From positions 2,542,001 through 2,606,000 of the forward strand of contig OZ210884.1 in the NCBI GenBank assembly GCA_964658305.1: a DNA stretch of 64,000 nt, read 5' to 3'. The translations under genes were made by a program, and so were the position numbers. A model generated the notes under the pieces. It was given only the letters and a program-made list of their open reading frames with translations, had not been told where the DNA came from and did no database searches. Positions 56,601 to 64,000 of this stretch are shown one piece after another (the first letter of the stretch is position 1; every line of letters starts with the position of its first letter). The stretch comes from Leptogorgia sarmentosa (Eukaryota).

Positions 56601-56963
56601 CTGCCGAAGTGTCATCCAGACATTTTTGGTGGTGATGCAACACTCTTTCATCCCTGGAAAAGAGCCTTCAAGGCTATGATCAAAGACACGTCTGTAACCT
56701 CTGAACAAGAGATTAATTATCTACGCAGTTTCACCCGTGGAGAAGTCCAGCGTGTTGTAGACAATTTCCGGAAACGCCATCAGAATGACCCCACAGCCCT
56801 TCTTCAGAACCTCTGGAAAGAACTAGAGACACGCTTCGGAAGTGCAGCTGTCATAACAAATGCCTTGCTGGAACGCCTACACAGCTTGTCGAACTTCCAA
56901 GAGAAAGACAACGCCAAACTCCAAGAGTTCGCTGACCTATGTGTGGATGTGAACAGCCAGATC
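56601..56963 (+). other. Gag core domain (DUF1759-like, BEL/Pao)
   Basis: LPKCHPDIFGGDATLFHPWKRAFKAMI...EINYLRSFTRGEVQRVV...LWKELETRFGS pattern. Confidence 0.8.
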
Positions 56964-57287
56964 TAAAATCAACCTGGATTGGCTTGTCTACACTACCCTG
57001 GAGCGATTCGCCCGATTGTCGCAAAATTACCAGCATCGATAAAAACGAAGTGGGAGAAGGAAGTCGTGAAACATGCTGAAACCCACAACGATGCATACCC
57101 AGGCTTTAGCGTTTTTACTCAAGTGGTAAAGACTCAAACAAAGATCAAGAACCATCCGAACATCCTTGCAGGCAACCTCCAGAAACTCCCTCTTGAAAGA
57201 TATAGAGAAAAACCCAGAGATCAAAGGGCTCTGCGAACGAGCTTAGATGGCGAAAGCAAGAACCCATCACAATCCGTCAAGAAGTGG

Positions 57288-57488
57288 TGCCCCTACCACA
57301 AATGTGATCGCCATGGACTAACTGAGTGCAAAGCATTCGAAACAAAAGCATTAAGCGAAAGAACGGAGTGGATACAGAAAGCAGGACTGTGTTTTCGATG
57401 CCTCAAAGAAGGACATCAAGCGAAGAAGTGCAAAGCCAAGATCAGCTGCTCCATTTGCGGACACGATCGTCACCTCGCATTGCTACAC
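57288..57488 (+). other. Three Gag zinc knuckles
   Basis: CPYHKCDRHGLTEC (Cx2Hx4Hx4C), CFRCLKEGHQAKKC (Cx2Cx4Hx4C) and CSICGHDRHLALLH (Cx2Cx4Hx4H), the triple arrangement characteristic of BEL/Pao Gag. Confidence 0.9.
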
Positions 57489-57609
57489 AAAGAAAAGGTG
57501 GGGAAAGAAAGTAAAGATGAGAATAAAGTAAACCCCGCTGATGGCGAGGAGAGTGCTTCCGAGCAGGTGACAAATAAATGTACAGCAGTATGTGGCGAAA
57601 GTAACGGTG

Positions 57610-58030
57610 GCATTTCTTGTAGTAAATTCTTGCTTGTTGACATTGTCAAACCAGACGCAACGAATGAATCCTGCCGTGTATATGCAATCATCGATGACCA
57701 GAGCAACAGTTCCCTCATCAGCAGCGAGCTAGCAGACATGCTTGGAGCAGAGGGTCCAAAGGAAAAATATTACTTATCGACATGCAGTGGTAGCAAGGAA
57801 ACTAAGTTTGGTCGAAGAGTCTCCGGATTGGTCATATGATCTGTTTCAAATGGTAGAGAAGTCCACCTGCCAACGCTTGTTGAATGTGATAACTTCCCTG
57901 ACGACAAGAGAGAGATACCCACCCCTGAAGTAGCTCAAAGGTTCCCTCATCTTCAAGAAATTGCTCGAGAGATTCCACCACTAGATGAAAGAGCAGGCGT
58001 GCATGTCCTTCTTGGCCGTGATGCACCTGA
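57610..58030 (+). other. Aspartic protease domain (Pao-type), interrupted by TGA at 57837
   Basis: VYAIIDDQSNSSLIS with the presumed catalytic Asp codon at 57693; C-terminal VLLGRD motif near 58005-58022. Confidence 0.8.
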
Positions 58031-58553
58031 GCTACTGAAATTCCGAGCATTCAAGAACGGAAAAAAGGGTGCCCTTGGGCACAAAAGCTGTTGTTGGGAT
58101 GGACTATTACCGGACAAATATGCTTAAATTTCTTGAACGGACCTGTCCACGTCGAAGCCCGAAAGACAAGCGTCATTCCAGATGGCACTGACGAAGCAGA
58201 AGTTCCTATCTCAGGAGGAGTAGATGGCTTGAAATATTACGTAGTTCCATGCCCGAATACATTGGAGATTACAGATGGCATCATAGGGAGTAACATATTT
58301 CGCTCAAGCCCGCTTGATAATGAAGTCAGTCTTTCCATTGAAGATCGGAAATTCCTTGAGATAATGGAGAAAAAGATCCACAGAAACGGCACTGGACACT
58401 GGGAAATGCCTTTACCATTTTGCCAAACAGACACTGTTCTGCCAAATAATCGCTCTCAAGCTGTCCATCGTCTCAACGGCCTGATCAAGACATTGAAGCG
58501 TAAGCCACAGATGGAGAAAGACTATTTGAAGTTTATGGAGTCAATGATAAGTA

Positions 58554-61500
58554 AGGCCATTTTTGGCAAGTAGTTCAGAGTTCTTCAGAGTGTTTCAGAG
58601 TACGTGAAAAACCGCTAGGCCGTATTTGGCTCGTGGTACAGAGTTCTTCAGAGTGTTTCAGAGTAATAGAGAGTGAGTGAAAAATCGCTAGGCCCTTTTT
58701 CGCTCGTAGTTTAGAGTTCTTCAGAGTGTTTCAGACAAATTCAGAGGAGGTGAAAAATCGCTAGGCCCTTTTTCGCTCGTAGTTTAGAGTTCTTCAGAGT
58801 GTTTCAGAGTAATTCAGGGGAGGTGAAAAATCGCTAAGCCGTTTTTGACTCGTAGTTCAGAGTTCTTCAGAGGGTTTCAGAGTAATTTAGTGGAGTAGAA
58901 AATTGGCTAGGCTGTTTTTGGCTCGAAGTACGTACAGAGTTCTTCAGAGTGTTTCAGAGTAATTGAGAGTAAGTGCAAAATCGCTAGGCCGTTTTTGGCT
59001 CGTAGTTCAGAGTTCTTCAGAGTGTTTCAGAGTAATTCAGAGGGGGAGAAAAATCGCTAGGCTGTTTTTGGCTCGTAGTACGTATACAGAGTTCTTCAGA
59101 GTGCTAATTCAGAGTAATTGAGAGTACGTGAAAATCGCTAGGCCGTTTTTGACTCGTAGTTCAGAGTTCTTCAGAGTGTTTCAGACTAATTCAGAGGAGG
59201 TGAAAAATCGCTAGGCCGTTTTTGGCTCGTAGTTCAGAGTTCTTCAGAGTGTTTATGAGTAATTGAGAGTAAGTGAAAAATCGCTAGGCCGTTTTTGGCT
59301 CGTAGTACAGAGTTCGTCAGAGTGTTTCAGAGTAATTCAGTGGAGTATAAAAATCGCTAGGCCGTTTTTGGCTCGTAGTTCAGAGTTCTTCAGAGTGTTT
59401 CAGAGTAATTCAGAGGAGGTGAAAAATCGCTAGGCCTTTTTTTGGCTCGTAGTTCACAGTTCTTCAGAGTGTTTCAGAGTAATTCAGAGGAGGTGAAAAA
59501 TCGCTAGGCCGTTTTTGGCTCGTAGTTCAGAGTTCTTCAGAGGGTTTCAGAGTAATTCAGTGGAGTAGAAAAATGGCTAGGCTGTTTTTGGCTCGAAGTA
59601 CGTACAGAGTTCTTCAGAGTGTTTCAGAGTTATTGAGAGTAAGTGCAAAATCGCTAGGCCGTTTTTGGCTCGTAGTTAAGAGTTCTTCAGAGTGTTTCAG
59701 AGTAATTCAGAGGGGAGAAAAATCGCTAGGCTGTTTTTGGCTCGTAGTTCAGAGTTCTTCAGAGGGTTTCAGAGTAATTCAGTGGAGTAGAAAAATGGCT
59801 AGGCTGTTTTTGGCTCGAAGTACGTACAGAGTTCTTCAGAGTGTTTCAGAGTAATTGAGAGTAAGTGCAAAATCGCTAGGCCGTTTTTGGCTCGTAGTTC
59901 AGAGTTCTTCAGAGTGTTTCAGAGTAATTCAGAGGGGAGAAAAATCGCTAGGCTGTTTTTGGCTCGTAGTTCAGAGTTCTTCAGAGTGTTTCAGAGTAAT
60001 TCAGAGGGGTAGAAAAATCGCTAGGCCGTTTTTGGCTCGTAGTTCAGAGTTCTTCAGAGTGTTTCAGAGTAATTCAGAGTAAGTGAAAAATCGCTAGGGC
60101 ATTTTTGGCTCGTAGTTCAGAGTTCTTCAGAGTGTTTCAGAGTAATTGAGAGTAAGTGAAAAACCGCTAGGCCGTTTTTGGCTCGTAGTTCAGAGTTCTT
60201 CAGAGTGTTTCAGAGTAATTCAGAGTACGTGAAAAATCGCTAGGCCGTTTTTGGGTCGCAGTTCAGAGTTCTTCAGAGTGTTTCAGAGTAATAGAGAGTG
60301 AGTGAAAAATCGCTAGGCCGTTTCTGGCTCGTAGTTCAGAGTTCTTCAGAGTGTTTCAGACTAATTCAAAGCAGGTGAAAAATCGCTAGGCCGTTTTTGG
60401 CTCGTAGTTCAGAGTTCTTCAGAGTATTTATGAGTAATTGAGAGTAAGTGAAAAATCGCTAGGCCGTTTTTGGCTCGTAGTTCAGAGTTCTTCAGAGCGT
60501 TTCAGAGTAATTCAGAGTAAGTGAAAAATCGCTTGGCCATTTTTGGCTAGTAGTTCAGAGTTCTTCAGAGTGTTTCAGAGTAATTCAGAGGAGGAGGAAA
60601 ATCGCTAGGCCGTTTTTGGCTCGTAGTTCAGAGTTCTTCAGAGTATTTCAGAGTAATTCAAAGGAGTTGAAAAATGGCTAGGCCGTTTTTGGCTCGTAGT
60701 TCAGAGTTCTTCAGAGTGTTTCAGAGTTATTCAGAGGAGGAGAAAAATCGCTAGACCATTTTTGGCTCGTAGTTCAGAGTTCTTCAGAGTGTTTCAGAGT
60801 AATTCAGAGGAGGTGAAAAATTGCTAGGCCATTTTTGGCTAGTAGTTCAGAGTTCTTCAGAGTGTTTCAGAGTAATTCAGAGTACGTGAAAAACCGCTAG
60901 GCCGTATTTGGCTCGTGGTACAGAGTTCTTCAGAGTGTTCCAGGTGATTGAGAGTAAGTGAAAAATCGCTAGGCAGTTTTTGGCTCGTAGTTCAGAGATC
61001 TTCAGAGTGTTTCAGAGTAATTCAGAGGAGGTGAAAAATCGCTAGCCCGTTTTTGGCTCGTAGTTCAGAGTTCTTCAGAGTGTTTCAGATTAAATCAGAG
61101 GAGGTGAAAAATCGCTAGGCCGTTTTTGGCTCGTAGTTCAGAGTTCTTCAGAGTGTTTCAGAGTATTTCAGAGTAAGTGAAAAATCGCTAGGCCTTTTTT
61201 GGCTCGTAGTACGTACAGAGTTCTTCAGAGTGTTTCAGGGTAATTCAGAGGAGGTGAAAAATTGCTAGGCCGTTTTTGGCTCGTAGTTCAGAGTTCTTCA
61301 GAGTGTTTCAGAGTAATTCAGTGGAGTAGAAAAATCGCTAGGCTGTTTTTGGCTTGTAGTACGTACAGAGTTCTTCAGAGCGTTTCAGGTAATTGAGAGT
61401 AAGTGCAAAATCGCTAGGCCGTTTTTGGCTCGTAGTTCAGAGTTCTTCAGAGTGTTTCAGAGTAATTCAGAGTAAGTGAAATATCGCTAGGCCATTTTTG

Positions 61501-64000
61501 GCTAGTAGTTCAGAGTTCTTCAGAATGTTTCAGAGTAATTCAGAGTACGTGAAAAACCGCTAGGCCGTTTTTGGCTAATAGTTCAGAGTTCTTCAGAGTG
61601 TTTCAGAGTAATTCAGAGTACGTGAAAAACCGCTAGGCTGTATTTGGCTCGTGGTACAGAGTTCTTCAGAGTGTTCCAGGTGATTGAGAGTAAGTGAAAA
61701 ATCGCTAGGCAGTTTTTGGCTCGTAGTTCAGAGATCTTCAGAGTGTTTCAGAGTAATTCAGAGGAGGTGAAAAATCGCTAGCCCGTTTTTGGCTCGTAGT
61801 TCAGAGTTCTTCAGAGTGTTTCAGATTAAATCAGAGGAGGTGAAAAATCGCTAGGCCGTTTTTGGCTCGTAGTTCAGAGTTCTTCAGAGTGTTTCAGAGT
61901 ATTTCAGAGTAAGTGAAAAATCGCTAGCCCTTTTTTGGCTCGTAGTACGTACAGAGTTCTTCAGAGTGTTTCAGGTAATTGAGAGTAAGTGAAAAATCGC
62001 TAGGCCGTTTTTGGCTCGTAGTTCAGAGTTCTTCAGAGTGTTTCAGAGTAATTCAGAATACGTAAAAACCGCTAGGCCGTTTTTGGCGCTTAGTACGTAC
62101 AGAGTTCTTCAGAGTGTTTCAGGTAATTGAGAGTAAGTGAAAAATCGCTAGGCCGTTTTTGGCTCGTTGTTCAGAGTTCTTCAGAGTGTTTCAGAGTAAT
62201 TCAGAGGAGGTGAAAAATCGCTAGCCCGTTTTTGGCTCGTAGTTCAGAGTTCTTCAGAGTGTTTCAGATTAAATCAGAGGAGGTGAAAAATCGCTAGGCC
62301 GTTTTTGGCTCGTAGTTCAGAGTTCTTCAGAGTGTTTCAGAGTATTTCAGAGTAAGTGAAAAATCGCTAGGCCTTTTTTGGCTCGTAGTACGTACAGAGT
62401 TCTTCAGAGTGTTTCAGGGTAATTCAGAGGAGGTGAAAAATTGCTAGGTCGTTTTTGGCTCGTAGTTCAGAGTTCTTCAGAGTGTTTCAGAGTAATTCAG
62501 TGGAGCAGAAAAATCGCTAGGCTGTTTTTGGCTTGTAGTACGTACAGAGTTCTTCAGAGTGTTTCAGAGTATTTCAGAGTAAGTGAAAAATCGCTAGGCC
62601 TTTTTTGGCTCGTAGTACGTACAGAGTTCTTCAGAGTGTTTCAGGTAATTGAGAGTAAGTGAAAAATCGCTAGGCCGTTTTTGGCTCGTAGTTCAGAGTT
62701 CTTCAGAGTGTTTCAGAGTAATTCAGAGTACGTAAAAACCGCTAGGCCGTTTTTCGCGCTTAGTACGTACAGAGTTCTTCAGAGTGTTTCAGGTAATTGA
62801 GAGTAAGTGAAAAATCGCTAGGCCGTTTTTGGCTCGTAGTTCAGAGTTCTTCAGAGTGTTTCAGAGTAATTCAGAGTAAGTGAAATATCGCTAGGCCATT
62901 TTTGGCTAGTAGTTCAGAGTTCTTCAGAATGTTTCAGAGTAATTCAGAGTACGTGAAAAACCGCTAGGCCGTTTTTGGCTAATAGTTCAGAGTTCTTCAG
63001 AGTGTTTCAGAGTAATTCAGAGTACGTGAAAAACCGCTAGGCCGTATTTGGCTCGTGGTACAGAGTTCTTCAGAGTGTTCCAGGTGATTGAGAGTAAGTG
63101 AAAAATCGCTAGGCAGTTTTTGGCTCGTAGTTCAGAGATCTTCAGAGTGTTTCAGAGTAATTCAGAGGAGGTGAAAAATCGCTAGCCCGTTTTTGGCTCG
63201 TAGTTCAGAGTTCTTCAGAGTGTTTCAGATTAAATCAGAGGAGGTGAAAAATCGCTAGGCCGTTTTTGGCTCGTAGTTCAGAGTTCTTCAGAGTGTTTCA
63301 GAGTATTTCAGAGTAAGTGAAAAATCGCTAGGCCTTTTTTGGCTCGTAGTACGTACAGAGTTCTTCAGAGTGTTTCAGGTAATTGAGAGTAAGTGAAAAA
63401 TCGCTAGGCCGTTTTTGGCTCGTAGTTCAGAGTTCTTCAGAGTGTTTCAGAGTAATTCAGAGTACGTAAAAACCGCTAGGCCGTTTTTCGCGCTTAGTAC
63501 GTACAGAGTTCTTCAGAGTGTTTCAGGTAATTGAGAGTAAGTGAAAAATCGCTAGGCCGTTTTTGGCTCGTTGTTCAGAGTTCTTCAGAGTGTTTCAGAG
63601 TAATTCAGAGGAGGTGAAAAATCGCTAGGCCATTTTTGGCTCGTAGTTCAGAGTTCTTCACAGTGTTTCAGAGTAATACAGAGGGGGAGAAAAATCGCTA
63701 GACCGTTTTTGGCTCGTAGTTCAGAGTTCTTCAGAGTGTTTCAGAGTATTTCAGAGTAAGTGAAAAATCGCTAGGTCTTTTTTGGCTCGTAGTACGTACA
63801 GAGTTCTTCAGAGTGTTTCAGGTAATTGAGAGTAAGTGAAAAATCGCTAGGCCGTTTTTGGCTCGTGGTTCAGAGTTCTTCAGAGTGTTTCAGAGTAATT
63901 CAGAGGGGGAGAAAAATCGCTAGGCCGTTTTTGGCTCGTAGTTCAGAGTTCTTCAGAGTGTTTCAGACTAATTCAGAGGAGGTGAAAATTCGCTAGGCCG
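58554..64000 (-). repeat. 73-bp satellite, right arm, inverted relative to the left arm (about 74 copies; runs off the window end)
   Basis: The unit GTGAAAAATCGCTAGGCCGTTTTTGGCTCGTAGTTCAGAGTTCTTCAGAGTGTTTCAGAGTAATTCAGAG... is the reverse complement of the left-arm unit. Length variants of +4 (GTACGTAC), -2 and -10 occur. Confidence 0.98.

Larger units (their letters stand above)
54964..58553 (+). mobile_element. BEL/Pao (Belpaoviridae) LTR retrotransposon, 3'-truncated: LTR + gag + protease + pre-RT; RT, RNase H, integrase and 3' LTR absent
   Basis: TG...CA LTR followed by a long ORF with a BEL-type Gag core (LPKCHPDIFGGD...WKRAF...LETRFGS), three Cys/His knuckles, protease YAIIDDQSNSSLIS, LLGRD, LGWTITG and GHWEMPLPF...LPNNRSQAVHRL motifs typical of Pao-family polyproteins. 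Motifs recognised by eye. Confidence 0.93.
55410..58553 (+). pseudogene. Disrupted, truncated BEL/Pao gag-pol polyprotein
   Basis: ORFs 55410-56966 and 56979-57839 are in the same frame, separated by TAA 56964-56966. The frame continues past TGA 57837-57839 (SVSNGREVHLPTLVECD...IPTPEVAQRFPHL...LLGRDAPELLK). A 1-bp deletion near 58071-58075 shifts it into ORF 58091 (restored reading GAPWAQKLLLGWTITGQICL). It runs into satellite after FMESMIS. Confidence 0.9.

Noticed and set aside
56964..56966. Programmed stop-codon readthrough between gag and pol
   Set aside because: The TAA lies inside Gag, upstream of the zinc knuckles, not at a gag/pol boundary. BEL/Pao elements usually encode one ORF, and other lesions show this copy is decaying.
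55239..58434. Minus-strand and alternative-frame short ORFs overlapping the element
   Set aside because: Shadow ORFs of the polyprotein with no recognisable motifs.
59573..62662. ORFs of 73-93 aa in the right arm
   Set aside because: Translations of the 73-bp satellite with repetitive peptide content.
53185..64000. Inverted 73-bp arms as terminal inverted repeats of a foldback-type DNA transposon carrying the ORF
   Set aside because: The interior is an LTR retroelement fragment, no transposase is present, the arms are asymmetric, and the reciprocal breakpoints are better explained by inversion.

Overview
Eukaryotic (metazoan-type) satellite heterochromatin with no host genes. (1) Bases 1-53188 are a homogeneous head-to-tail satellite of about 255-260 monomers of 208 or 202 bp, with patchy higher-order duplications of 0.4-8 kb. 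(2) Bases 53185-54963 are about 24 copies of an unrelated 73-bp satellite built from 10-bp CTCTGAA subrepeats. (3) Bases 54964-58553 are the 5' part of a BEL/Pao LTR retrotransposon: a 381-bp LTR and a gag-protease-pre-RT polyprotein with two nonsense codons and one 1-bp frameshift, cut just before RT. (4) Bases 58554-64000 are the same 73-bp satellite in inverted orientation. Two observations stand out. First, the element has no tRNA-type PBS. The 16 nt directly after the LTR are instead perfectly complementary to the exon-exon junction made by removing a canonical GT-AG intron inside the LTR, which suggests splicing-dependent self-priming of reverse transcription. Second, the two 73-bp arms rejoin in monomer-variant register, with only 3 bp missing, if 53185-58553 is flipped, which indicates an inversion-plus-deletion event. 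All coordinates were read by eye and no database searches were run.
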